Positions 1-18,491 of a stretch of 64,000 bases of DNA are shown here, one piece after another. The stretch lies in the NCBI RefSeq assembly GCF_009914755.1, contig NC_060933.1, one strand, 5' to 3'. The notes under the pieces were generated by a model. The model was given only the letters and a program-made list of their open reading frames with translations, was not told the DNA's origin and did not search any database. This DNA comes from the human T2T-CHM13v2.0 reference genome, Homo sapiens. Both the position numbers and the translations under genes were made by a program. Each line of letters opens with the position of its first letter. Position 1 is the stretch's first letter.

Positions 1-324
1 GCTTACAGAGCAGCCTTTTGCGTGCTTACGAGTGCAGGGGTGGGGTGTGAAGAGAACCATCGGCTCCCTTCTCACCTTCTTCAGCCTCAGTTTCCCCCTC
101 TATAAAATAGGAATAACGATTAGTGTCTGCTGCACTGGGATGTGTCAGAATTAAATGCAAAAAAAAAAAAAGGAAAATCCTTAGCAGGTTCTAGCATGCA
201 AGAGTTCAGTAAATGGTTATCGTCATTATTATCTTTGGTATAGTAAAGATTGGCATGTTAACATACACTGAGGATTTAGTAAATGTGGTGTAAGTATGGT
301 GCATGCTCTTTGTTTTGTTTGGCG

Positions 325-420
325 TAACAGCTTTATTGAGCTATACAACTTACCCATTTAAACTGTACAGTTCAGTAGGCTTTTGTGTATTCCCAGGGTT
401 GTACATCCATCACAATAGTT
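325..420 (-). mobile_element. Old L1 (L1M) 3' end fragment
   Basis: aacagctttattgag...tgtacagttcagt...ttgtacatccatcac resembles antisense L1MB/L1ME 3' UTR; boundaries approximate. Confidence 0.6.
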
Positions 421-721
421 TCAGGTAGCTCTGCATTGGGCAATGCTGTTGGGAGCATCAGGAAGAGCTTCCCAGGAGGTCACATTAAGTGGATGTTGGC
501 AGACAGGACTTAGAACAGTGGGGAGGAGGGTGGTGTCCCAGGCAGAAGCAAAGGCTTGGAACTGGGAAGTACCCTTGACACAGATAAAGCCTGGCCTGGA
601 GGGGTGTGGGGCACCTGCCTCCCCAATTCCTCCTCCTAGCCTGTATCCCAGGACACAGAGTTCGAAATATTGATAATAATGACCATCCACTAAGTACTTG
701 CTGTGGCCAGATCCTGTCTGA

Positions 722-1022
<301 letters not shown>

Positions 1023-2522
1023 CTGTCTGAACTCTTGATATGTTTGAATCCTCACAACCTTTTTTATTTTCCCTTTTTTCCAGAAAGGTACAACTTGCTG
1101 GGGTAAAGCAGAGCTGAAATTCAAACCCAAGTGACCCTGACCCCCAAGTCCAATCCTGAGTTTCGGCTGTTACCAACCTGGAGGACCCTGGGCAGGTTCC
1201 TTCCTTCTGAGGCCTCGGTTTCCCTAGCTATATACCATGAGGGGGTTGGACTTTAAGATGCAGCCGATTTCCCAGGACGCTGTCGTCTGTGAGGGTGGCT
1301 GGCTCTAGGCAACGGGTGCCCTTTCCCAGAACACAGGCACATATGCACCCATAACCCAGATACGCTCCTCCAGCTCCTCCACCGGCTGCTTCCCCCTTGG
1401 TCTCAAGCTGGCAGCTGAGTGTATGTGAGTCATGGGCTGGCTCAGAACTGGGTCCCGCAGTGGGCACAGGCCCAGACCTTGAGTCCTCAGGGACACTGTG
1501 TTGCTGAGCAGGGCAGCTCTGGAGTGGCCGTGGAGGGGAGGGAGTGATGGTTTCTAGTGGAGACCAGGGAAGGCTTCTTGGAGGAGGCATTTTGAGCTGG
1601 TCCTTGAAGGGCTGTTGTGGTTGAGGCATTCTAGGTTGCAGGGATAGTTGAGCAATGGCGGAGAGGCTGGAAAGTCAGAGGCTTCATTCATTCACTCACT
1701 CAGTCATTCAACAAATGCTTATCGCAAAACTGTGAGGGCACCAGGGAGCCAGCAGCGAACACAGGACCGTTCATCTTTCATGGGGAAACATAACAGCACT
1801 CAGATAAGCACAGCAGTCAATCCTGGAGAGAAGGTCGTGGAGGGCTGAGGAGGGCTAGGGGCTCAGCATAGAGGCCTGATCCAGTCTGGGGCATTGGGTG
1901 GGCTCCCGGTGGTGACATCCATACTGAGACTTGAAGGATGAGTGGGACTCATCCAGGAGGAGAGAAGGGAAGGAAGATGGGAGGACCCAGCACCTTCCAG
2001 GCAGAGACAGCAGCATGTTCAAAGGGCCTGAGGTAGGTAAAGGCAGGTGTGAGAGAGGAAAGGAAGAGGCAGGGAGGCAGGGCTAGCTAGGAGGCAGGGG
2101 CTGGAGACTCCGCTGGGTGTTTTATCCTGAGGGAGCCACAGAAGGGCTGGCGAACAGGGCCCATCTGGGGACAGAGGCCTTGAATGCCCAACTCAGGAAT
2201 GTGGGCTCTGGCCACTAAGCAGCTGCTGCAGGAAGTGCAGAGACTTGGCATCTGGCAGGACTTCCCATGTAGGACACTGGCTCGCCACCCTATGACCACC
2301 CTAACCCTAGAAAAAAGGATGCAGTACTAAAGTGTCATTCATTCAAAGCCACTCCTCTTTTGGTATTCCACCCATTTTCCAGACGGTGACACTGAGGCTC
2401 AGGAAGCAGTAGGGACTTGCACAAAGCCCTTTGGGAAGCAGGCTGGGAAACAGTGGAGGGAGGGTGTCCATTAGCCCCAAGGAGACACAGGATCTGGGCT
2501 CTGTCTTTCGCCTTCCTCCCAG

Positions 2523-2695
2523 AATACGCTGCCATCAACTCCATGCTGGACCAGATCAACTCCTGTCTGGACCACCTGGAGGAGAAGAATGACCACCTCC
2601 ACGCCCGCCTCCAGGAGCTGCTGGAGTCCAACCGGCAGACACGCCTGGAGTTCCAGCAGCAGCTCGGGGAGGCCCCCAGTGATGCCAGCCCCTAG
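2523..2695 (+). CDS. BBLN: Bublin coiled-coil protein (C9orf16), last coding exon; earlier exon lies upstream of the window
   Basis: Polypyrimidine tract + AG at 2521-2522; encodes (E)YAAINSMLDQINSCLDHLEEKNDHLHARLQELLESNRQTRLEFQQQLGEAPSDASP-stop, recognised as the C9orf16 C-terminus. Confidence 0.92.
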
Positions 2696-2985
2696 GCTCC
2701 AAGAGCCCCCAACCGGGACCCAACCCTGCCTCCCTGGGCTAGGCTCTGGCCTGGGCACTCACCCCCTGGCTTAGACACCTTCTCAAGGGCTGGCCTTCAG
2801 GGACCCCTGGTGGGTCTGCCTGCCTGGGCCACCCTTCCTGCCTGGGCCTCCCCTTGGCCTACCTGGGCCAGCCCCCACCACCTGGCATGCCCTCCTGGGG
2901 CCAAGAGTGGGCCTGCAACCCACCCACTTGCCTGCCCACCCAACTCCTGGGCGCTCCCCACTCTGCCCAGGCCTTGAGTGTCCAC

Positions 2986-2991
2986 ATTAAA
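2986..2991 (+). terminator. BBLN: BBLN polyadenylation signal ATTAAA
   Basis: ATTAAA about 290 nt after the stop, followed by a GT/CT-rich stretch. Confidence 0.75.
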
Positions 2992-3046
2992 TGGGTCTCC
3001 CACACCGCTGTGCCTCTCTCCTCTGTATCCCAGGACGAGAACCCCA

Positions 3047-3296
3047 GCAGCTGCTGGAGGCGAACAGGACTGTCTAGGTGTTCAGGTGTTGATCCTATAC
3101 TGGCGGCTCAGAGGCCAGGTGGTAGGGCTGGGGTTCTTGGTCACCTGTACTTCTGGACACAGAAGGTGCAGGTGAGGGCAGGGCTTCCTCCCTACCTGAT
3201 ACATTCCTGGCCAGCAGCTGCTTCCTAGCCCAGAAGCCCAGTTGAGACTGTTGGACATGCTGTGTGACCTTGTGTGATGCTCTCAGCCTCTCTGGG
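3047..3296 (-). pseudogene. Diverged local duplicate of CIZ1 last intron end + 5' half of terminal exon
   Basis: Collinear with 5379-5625; about 84% identity by hand count over 3101-3225; 1-nt deletion gives KYR-stop. Confidence 0.9.
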
Positions 3297-3694
3297 TACT
3301 AGGGCCTTTCACCAAGACAGCCAACATGCTAAGACATGCTATGCAGCCTCAGCATTGCCCTCCCACTCTTGGCCTGTCTCCCCAGTAATAGGGTTGGTCT
3401 GGTCGTTTATCTCTATGGGTCTTTCTAATGAGGAAATAGCAGAAGTAAAGGGCCAACTCAGCCCAGGCCCCATCCACCCATGATTCATCTTAGGGTCGCC
3501 TGACCAGGAGGGTGGGGTGCCTGCTAGTGAACCAAGAAGAGAACCAGAGGGCCTGAGCAGCAAGGACCCCACTCCTGCACTCCAAAGGGTGCAGCTGGAG
3601 AGACAGGCCAGCATGGGTCGGAGAGCTCAGGCCCGGGTCAAATCCCAGCCACTTACCAACTGCGTGGTCTTCAGCAAGTCACTTGACCTTGCTA

Positions 3695-5083
<1,389 letters not shown>

Positions 5084-5165
5084 TGAGAGTTGGCTGGGGT
5101 GCCCCCCTTCCCCTATCCACCCAGACAGAAGTACTGGTGGGAACTGCACAGCCAAACTACCTTGT

Positions 5166-5171
5166 TTTATT
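5166..5171 (-). terminator. CIZ1: CIZ1 polyadenylation signal AATAAA
   Basis: TTTATT on + strand, about 105 nt after the CIZ1 stop codon. Confidence 0.88.
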
Positions 5172-5276
5172 GGATTTTGAGTAAAAACATGAACCATGTC
5201 AAAGTTTCCAGGCAGACTCCTAAAAAGCATTAGCAGATCTGGACCCAGGCAGGCCAGGGACAGGGAGGTCCCTCTA

Positions 5277-5486
5277 TCAGGTTTTGAGGCGGGTTGAGCG
5301 CCGAGGTAGTGGGGGCTGGGAGGGTCGAGCCGTCACCTTGCTGGGTGTTTTGTCCTGGGTGTTGGGCTGGGAGGGTGGGCGGCCGCTGGAGGTGAACAGG
5401 GCTGTCAAAGCGTTCCGGGCGTTGATTGCGCACCGGCGGCTCACAGGTCGGGTGGTGGGGCTGGGGTTCTTGGCCGCCTTGTATTT
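5277..5486 (-). CDS. CIZ1: CIZ1 terminal coding exon (exon 17)
   Basis: cag|AAATACAAG; KYKAAKNPSPTTRPVSRRCAINARNALTALFTSSG...PRRSTRLKT-TGA. Confidence 0.96.
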   Translation of the reverse strand, partial: KYKAAKNPSPTTRPVSRRCAINARNALTALFTSSGRPPSQPNTQDKTPSKVTARPSQPPLPRRSTRLKT

Positions 5487-5838
5487 CTGGATACAGAAGG
5501 TGCAGGTAAGGTCAGGGTCTCCTCCCTACATGGTATGCTCCTGGCCAGCAGCTACTTCCCCAGCTCTGGCTGAGACAGTATTAGTGTGCTCTGTGACCCT
5601 GCGTGATGCACTCGGCCTCTCTGGGCCGTCTCTGGAGCTAACAGCCTGGCACTCAGCATCCCCTTGAACAATAAGAGCCCAACCCCACCCCAGCTCTAAT
5701 TCTCTCCCTGTTGGTGCAGGGGTGGTGCCTGGGGATTGAGGCCCTGCACAAGAGGGAGTGGCCACTAGCCACCCGAATCAGCTTGGATTAAGACTAAGTC
5801 TGTGGCCAGGGGAGGACAGGGCAGGATGTCCGGCTCAC

Positions 5839-5960
5839 CTGCAGGTTCTCAAAGTGGCCCAGGGACTTGCAGTGGGAGAGCTGTGCCCCTGAGTTGCTGT
5901 GATAGAACTTGTGGCAGATGCGGCAGATATAGCCCATCACGGGCACCAGGAAGTCCACAC
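5839..5960 (-). CDS. CIZ1: CIZ1 exon 16, matrin-type zinc finger (MH3)
   Basis: GVDFLVPVMGYICRICHKFYHSNSGAQLSHCKSLGHFENLQ; cag/gtgag boundaries; 122 nt. Confidence 0.96.
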
Positions 5961-6174
5961 CTGTAGGATGGGATGGCAGGGTCTGCACTCACATCCCTGT
6001 ACCAGCGAGGTGTCCCTCCCTCTCTAGGGGCCCATGTGCTCCCCAACCCTCTAGGCAGGGGCAGAAGAGAAGGCTTCCCAGCCAGAATGCCATGGCTGGG
6101 ATATGGGAGGGTCATGTGGAGGCTGGGCCCAAGGGCTGAAGCTCCTGCAGGTGGGCTCAGAGCTGGGGCCTTAC

Positions 6175-6244
6175 CATATGCAGTATTGGGGCTGTAGGTC
6201 TCCGAGCCCTTCCACTCCTCTCTGGATATATCTCTGGACCTCAC
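6175..6244 (-). CDS. CIZ1: CIZ1 exon 15
   Basis: VRSRDISREEWKGSETYSPNTAY(G); ttttcag/gtaag; 70 nt. Confidence 0.95.
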
Positions 6245-7312
6245 CTGAAAACATGCAAGTGTGGGCCTCGGATCTGGCTTCCCCTTGACACCTCCCAGAC
6301 ACAGGTCGGGGGCCTAGAGACCACCAATGCCCTTGGACACACAGAATCCCCTTGATTTCCAGGAGGTAGTGGGTGGCATTCTCTGAGCCTTTGCACATGG
6401 TGATCCTGCCTCCCAGAGTGCTCTTCCCAATCTATACTTTCTAGACTCTGTTCAACTAGCCCCCTCCTCCAGGAAGCCCTCCTGCTCCTACAGGCGCCAT
6501 AATCCACGCCAGGTGTGCCCAAGACATCATGTGTCATTTGACTGAATCCTCATAACAGCCCTCTATGGCTACACACATTTTACTAAGAAGAAACTGAGGC
6601 CCAGGGACATTAACTCACTTGTCTAGGGTTGCACAGCTGGTTTGTGGAGGAGCTGGGCAGGGAACCCTGTAGGTCTAAGCCGTAGTTCACACTCTTAACC
6701 ATGAGCCCCCTGCTAACTCCCTGAGGTCCTATCCAATACTGCAGTGACCTTGGTCCTAGAGGGTGGGTTTCAAGGGATCAAAGACTGCATTTCACCTGCT
6801 GGATGTGAGATGAGGTCATCTGACTCTGGCCGTGTCAGCCCTAGCAGGCCTAGCAGTGCCCTCCACCACTCACCAGGCAAACAAATGTGGCTTCCAAGAA
6901 GGACAACCACCCCCGTTTGCTAAGCCCTTCCTAGGACCAAGCTGTGGGCCCTGGGCTTCCCTGATAGTCCAAGTTCAGGTTGTTACTTCTGAGCAGAGGC
7001 AACTGAGGCTCAGAGAGGCCAAGTGGCTTGCCTGAGATGATGTGACTACTGAGCAATGAAGCTGGGCCTCATACTACCCTGCCTAGGACTGCAGGCCCCC
7101 CCACCACAACGCTTCCTCCCCAGCCCCTCAATACCCCACTTTGGCTGCCAGAGGCTATGAGCAGCCCCAGCTGGCCCCTCACCACCCTGGACTATAACTG
7201 GGTCAGCCTTTGAGGGCAAGGACCAGGCCTTGGCCCTCATGGGTCCCTGCTTCCAGCACCAGGGCCTGACCTAGAACACACTCTCTGGAAACGTGTTAAA
7301 CTGCAAAGAATC

Positions 7313-7652
<340 letters not shown>

Positions 7653-8131
7653 TCATTCATGAGAGACAGGGTAGCTGCGGCATTGGAAACATGGACTCTG
7701 AAGTTTTACTTCCTGCCATCCAATCTGATGAGATTCAGCCAGGATAGTGCTTGGTACACACACCTGGAACACACTAAGTGCTCAAAAAGATGTCTGCTGC
7801 TGTCAGTCTCTCCATTATCATCACCATCATCTGACTTTTCCTTTGCACACTACATAGTTTCCCACCTCCGTGCCTTTACTGATGCTGTTCCCTTTCCCTT
7901 CCTCCACACAGGTCCAAATTTCAGTCAGGCTTTGCATATTTTAACTGCCACTCTCTAGTCATCATGCATAATTACATAGTCATGCAGAAGGCAGTTGACA
8001 GTAATCAGTTGTGGCATGCATTAGTGCCCACAGATGCCAGCCCAGTGTCTGGCCTCCGGGAGGTGGGATGAGGTCTGTCCTGGGCTGGGAATCCAGCACC
8101 AAGCCCGCCTCCCACACCCTCCCCCCAGCAC

Positions 8132-8281
8132 CTGCTTGCAGAGTTCCTCCTCAACCTCGATCTCTTCTTCATCCTCATCATCCTCTTCCTCTTCTTCATC
8201 ACCCTCGAAGCAACCCACAGCGTCCACTGTAATGAAGTGGTCCTCATCTTGGCCAGCAATTTCTTTCTCAAGCGACTTCAG
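8132..8281 (-). CDS. CIZ1: CIZ1 exon 14, acidic domain
   Basis: LKSLEKEIAGQDEDHFITVDAVGCFEGDEEEEEDDEDEEEIEVEEELCKQ; 150 nt. Confidence 0.96.
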
Positions 8282-8485
8282 CTGCCCAGGGAGTAGGCAA
8301 GGAGCTCAGGTCAGCTCTGAACAGCCAGGGGGCCATGCCCTACCCACCCCACCCCTCCCCTGAGAGTCCCAATCCCTCCAGACCCGATGTGAGTTTGGGC
8401 TGGGATAAACCTCAACTTGCTACACAGCCTTGGCCAAGGCTCTGTACCTCTCTGGGCCCATGTCCTCTGAGGGAGCTCAGGTTAC

Positions 8486-8599
8486 CTCCTTGGCTTTGTC
8501 CTTATGCCCCTGGGACTTCACGTGCTCCACAAACTTGCGAGGGGTTTTGAAGTAGCGGTTGCAAACGGTGCAGAAGGGTCGCAAGGATTGTTTGGCAAT
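8486..8599 (-). CDS. CIZ1: CIZ1 exon 13, zinc finger
   Basis: IAKQSLRPFCTVCNRYFKTPRKFVEHVKSQGHKDKAKE; ttttccag/gtaac; 114 nt. Confidence 0.96.
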
Positions 8600-9099
8600 C
8601 TGGAAAAAGGCAGGCCAACCAAGCAGTGTCCCCAGCTGCAAGCCCCCTGACTAGCACCCAGGCAGGGCCCAGCAAGAGCTCACCTCCCCCGGGCAGGCCC
8701 ACCATATCTGTAACAAGCCGGGCTGTGCTCCACCCCTGCACTGGAACGTGGGCAAACACATCTCTTCGTGGTGTGGGTGGCTGAGAGATAGGATGGCAGA
8801 TGGCAACACAGAGACAGGACAGACACAGAGAGAAGACGAGAGAGAGGGCAGCTGCCCAAATAACCCCTGTGAGCCCCGTGGCTGAATGGCAGGTGAGATG
8901 GGGCCTGGCCTACACTGGACAGATGGGGAACCTGAAGCCCGAAGAAGAAACAAGACTGACTCCTCCAGAAACTGCATTGTGGGTTATGGGTGTGCAGGGG
9001 CAAAGAGGAACGTTTACTTTCCAACTGGGGCTCTGTGTTGTCTGGACTCCACTTGCAGACGGCAGTGCGGGTGCCTCTGCAGCGTGCAGGCCCTCCTAC

Positions 9100-9187
9100 C
9101 TTGTGGTCCTGTGTCCTGCGGTGTTGGATCAGGTCCCCCATGTAGTAGAGCTGGCAGGTGTTGCACCAGCGCCTTGGTGGAGGCTCC
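9100..9187 (-). CDS. CIZ1: CIZ1 exon 12, zinc finger
   Basis: EPPPRRWCNTCQLYYMGDLIQHRRTQDHK; cag/gtagg; 88 nt. Confidence 0.96.
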
Positions 9188-9279
9188 CTGAATGACAACA
9201 GTCAAAGCAAGTACAATGTGACGCCAGAAAGACAGCAGCTGTCTGAGAGCGCTCCATAAGTGTAATCCATTCCAATAGC

Positions 9280-11950
<2,671 letters not shown>

Positions 11951-12070
11951 AAAAAGGCACATCAGCCACACAGTGAGAGTACCAGGTTTTAGATTTTAGG
12001 ATTTAGGGACATTTACTGTCCTCAGTAAAATCTTCTTAATACTGCTGCAAGCAACAAAATCAGACTTTAA

Positions 12071-14030
<1,960 letters not shown>

Positions 14031-15426
14031 ACCATAATGTTCTTGATGGCCTCAGGGCCAAGTAGGATTCAAGAGAAGACTTCATGGAGAGATAACATTG
14101 GGAGAGGGTTTGATGAATCCCCGACACCTCAAGTTTGTTAACAGCTTGTGCTACGTATGTCCTTTTAGTTTTCTTCTGTGTCACAAGATCTATTCTTACA
14201 CAAACAAGCTCATTCTGCAGATGCAATTTTGAATCCTGTTTTACTTTGACATTGCATCACCTTTCCACATTATTATAAATTCTCCAGTTATTCTATTTAT
14301 TCATTGTTCCACGAGCTGGACGGGCTTTTTCATCATCTAACCAGTCCCCTACTTTCGAGTATTTTAGATCATTTCCCGTTAGATTTTTTCATCATGATAC
14401 TAATAGCAAAGAACGTCTTGGTGAGTCATCATTCTCCTGTGTTTATGATTATTTCAACCAAGTAGAAAACCACTCAAGGACGCTCTTCTCAAAGGGAGAA
14501 ACAGCTAACAGAGACACAGCCTGCCCTTGCAGAGCGAGAGCCCCCTGTCACACAAGGCAGGCAAGCGGAGGCCAACCAAGAGCCCTTCCTGTCCCCTCAG
14601 CCCCACCTGGAAGCTTCAAATTGTGACCTCTGTAAAATTAGGACAGAGCCCGTGACCACTGACTCAAGGGACCGTCCAGCCTATGAAAGTGTTTGATTTG
14701 CTCTCCGTAGGGTTTGTTTTGTTTCAATTCTGAACTAGCTGTTAACATTTTGAAATTGGGAGATTTCACATACAAACCTGGATTTCTGGATTCTTCTTAA
14801 AACTAAGAGATCCAGAGATGAGAAGCAGCTGTCTCCTGAGACAGAGCCTGTGTCCCCGCTGTGGCCCTAGCTAACATGGTCCTGCTGCTGAGATGACACA
14901 TCCCAGCCCTTGCACACCTCTATGACTGCCCACAGAGTCCTGAAAGCACCTCTGGCTGCCTGCCAGGCCTTCCCACCCCAGTATAGTTCCAGACCCCAGG
15001 AGGGCTGAAGTTTCTGATTAAACAGGCTCCCATGACAATGAAAGGGGGAGACACAGGGAAACCCTAACCTCCAACCACAAAAGAACCTGATCCTCAGCCT
15101 TGTCACCCCACAGCGGGGTTAGCACACATGCCACAGGGGGCAAGAGTCTGTGCCACAACCTGTCCTCTCCCACAGGGATGGTCATACTGTTCCTGCCTAG
15201 AGGGAACCTTAAGAGAATGTCATGAATTCCTGTACTATATCCGTCACCAAGCCATGTTACAGGCAGGGAAAACTGAGGTTCAAGGTCACACAGTTAACAG
15301 TGTGAGGAGGCCTGGCTGGGGGTGCAGTGCTTAACCCAAAGGTAAACCCTGCAGATGGTAGATTCAGGCCCTGGCCGATGAGACTGCCTACCCCCCAACA
15401 CAGAGCTTCCACGATCCCCCACTCAC

Positions 15427-15551
15427 TCATCCTCTGTCTCCAGGACGTCCCGGGGCACGGGCAGCAGGGACAGGAGGCAGGCTTGGCTCATGTGCTGGAT
15501 CTCCCCTAGCCGCTGCTGGTGCTGAGGCTCCGACATGTGGTCCTGGAACTC
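15427..15551 (-). CDS. CIZ1: CIZ1 exon 11
   Basis: EFQDHMSEPQHQQRLGEIQHMSQACLLSLLPVPRDVLETED(E); cag/gtgagt; 125 nt. Confidence 0.95.
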
Positions 15552-16004
15552 CTGCAGCAGGAGGGAAAGAGGGATGGGCCTGGGGCGTGAGCCCAGAACA
15601 GTGGGCAAGGCTGGGGCCTGGGGAGGCAGACCCCAGCCTCATCACTGTGCGCCCATTTCTCTCACCACACATTTCTCTCTTGTGTAGGCTAGAGCAGGCA
15701 TGATAAACTAAGACACAGGGTACATGCCAGCCCGAGCTTCTGCCCCTCCCAGAGAATGTGTGAGTGCCTCAAAGACAAGGAGCGGCCTGATTAGCATCCA
15801 GGTCTCCAAGGCTGTGCCAGGTGAGGCACAGAGTAACACAGCTCACAGCACAAGAGTAGTAATACAAGTACAATGCGATCATGATTACTGCTACACTCAC
15901 TTTGGGCCAGGCCTGCGCTCAGGACTCCAATGTCACATTGCTGAATCCCCAGAACCACCCAGTGAGGTGGATTCTAAACGTTTCTTTTTTTTGTTTCGTT
16001 TTGA

Positions 16005-16244
<240 letters not shown>

Positions 16245-16266
16245 TGAGCCACTGTGCCCGACCCTA

Positions 16267-16506
<240 letters not shown>

Positions 16507-16641
16507 TCAGGAAATGTTTCCCAAGCAAATGCATGGCTGCTTGGGGCAGGGCCCATTGCAGCCTGAGGCATTCTTGGGAGGGCAGGCTGGGCATTCCACG
16601 CAGGCCCCACCCCTCCCCACCCTTATCTCCTGTATCAGTAC

Positions 16642-16839
16642 CTGCTGGCTGGAGCAGCTGGCCTTGCAGATGTAGCAGAAGAACTGGAGGGCCTGCTTAG
16701 AGGGAGTGCTGGTAGCCGCAGGGGTGGAGGAGACGGAGTCACTGGGGCGGGGGACAGGTGTCAGGGGTACAGTGCTAAAGGCCCGGCTGTCACTGCTCTG
16801 CAGAATGGTGACCTTCAGGGAGCCCCCGGCGCCCCATAC
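16642..16839 (-). CDS. CIZ1: CIZ1 exon 10
   Basis: VWGAGGSLKVTILQSSDS...LQFFCYICKASCSSQQ; 198 nt. Confidence 0.95.
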
Positions 16840-17444
16840 CTGCATGGGGAGTAGGAACTGAACTTCCATCAACTGTGTACTTATAGTGGGCCAGCCCAGC
16901 ATTCAACATCTGCCAACGTTGTCTCATCAGATCTTCCTGATGATAGGGAAACTGAGGCTCTGAGCTGTTAGCTGACTACCCCAGCTTGCACAGCTAGAAA
17001 GCACTGCAGTCAGGATGCGAACCCAGGTCGGCCTAAAGTACCACTCATCCCACCCCTTGTATGACAGATGGGGAAACAGACTCAGGAGGGAAAGGGTTTG
17101 CCCACAGTTACGCAGAGCTGGGACCCAAATCCCACAGAGAGGCTTCCACTCTGTGCTCTCTCCACGAGAGCAACATTACCCATGCGAGGAGACTGGGGCT
17201 CTGGCTTGGGGATGGGCAGGCTGGAAGGGACGGATGTGAAGACAGCACAACAGCAAGAGGGTCCCATGCACACCACTATCAAGCCCAGCCTGGTCTGGCC
17301 ACCCATCCTAGGCAGAGGGCTGTCATCCCATTTCACGGTGGGGGAAACACAAGGAGGCCCTGAGGTGGCCTGGGGCAGAAAGAGGCCATCCCACCCTGCT
17401 GGGCTCTGTGGCCCTCACACTGCCACATCAGGGCCTCTACCCAC

Positions 17445-17566
17445 CCCTGGCATCTCTCTCGCTCTGTTTTCACATTCTCCCACATCTAGGCCACAGGCCG
17501 ACTCATTCTGAATCTCTTCCATGCTGACTTGGGTGCCCACAGGCTCTGGCAAGGTCTTTTCCATGC
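17445..17566 (-). CDS. CIZ1: CIZ1 exon 9
   Basis: (G)MEKTLPEPVGTQVSMEEIQNESACGLDVGECENRAREMPG; 122 nt. Confidence 0.94.
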
Positions 17567-17784
17567 CTGAAATGACAGATGTGCTGTATTTCCCAGAGTC
17601 CCCAGGCCCAAGAGCTGCCTTCTCCGTCCGCAGCCAGAACCTTGAGGCCCCCAGCATGGATGGCCCTGGACCTGGGTTCCAGGCCTAGCCCTCAGTCCCA
17701 GGCAGCACCCAGTCAGGGGAGGAATGAAGGGTCTGGGCAGAGCTGTCCCATCACCAGACCAGCTGGGAGCCAGTGCTCACTTAC

Positions 17785-18491
17785 CTCCACCAGCTTCTAC
17801 TGCATCAGGTGGCATCTCCAGCCCGCAGACATGAACCACAACTGGTGTTTGCTCTGGAGCCAGCAACGACACCTGCGGCTGGGTGTGAGGCTGCTCATGG
17901 GTCTGCTCTGGTGGCTGTACTGACACCTGCGCTGGAGGATGCTCCTGTGGCTGGACGCTTGGCTGTGCCTGTGTGTGGACCTGTGGATATGTCTGTGTCT
18001 GGACCTGCTTCTGCAGCTGCAGCTGCACCTGCCTTGGGGGCTGTGAATGTGCCTGGGGCTGCACCTGTGGCTGCACCTGCTTCAGCGGCTCTGCCTCCTG
18101 CTGCAGCTGCACCTGCCTTGGGCCCTGTGAATGTGCCTGTGGCTGTACCTGTGGCTGCACCTGCTTCTGTGGCTCTGCCTCCTGCTGCAGCTGTGGCTGC
18201 ACCTGCTTCTGTTGCAGCACTAAGTGCTCTGGAGAGGTCTGTGTTTGCGCCTGCTTCTGCAGCTTTGGCTGCACCTGGGTGTCTGTGGATGGTATCCGCG
18301 GCTGAGTCTGTGACTGCACCTGGGCCTGGACCTGCAGGACCCGTGGCTGGAATCGTGGCAGCACTTGGGCTTCCAGGGCCTCAGGCAGCAGGTCTGGTGT
18401 CTGTGTCTGTTTCGGTACTGTCATCCGGGCCTGCGGCTGGGCCTTCACCTGTAACTGCCCTGGAGGTTCCTTCTCTGTGGGCTCTTCTGAG
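17785..18491 (-). CDS. CIZ1: CIZ1 exon 8, second Gln-rich domain
   Basis: (S)[20 protein letters not shown]...VEAGG; cctag/gtaag; 707 nt. Confidence 0.96.
18017..18193. repeat. 84-bp coding tandem repeat (about 2.1 copies) in CIZ1 exon 8
   Basis: ctgcagctg unit start recurs at 18017, 18101, 18185; 28-aa unit [28 protein letters not shown]. Confidence 0.9.

Noticed and set aside
2417-2522. ORF track extends the BBLN exon upstream (MHKALWEAGW...)
   Set aside because: Starts at TTG and is intronic sequence ahead of a clear AG acceptor
17973-18305. Metallothionein-like Cys-rich + strand ORF (CSCSCTC...) and the 240-aa ORF 17773-18495
   Set aside because: Antisense readings of the CAG-rich CIZ1 exon 8 with non-ATG starts; no independent gene structure
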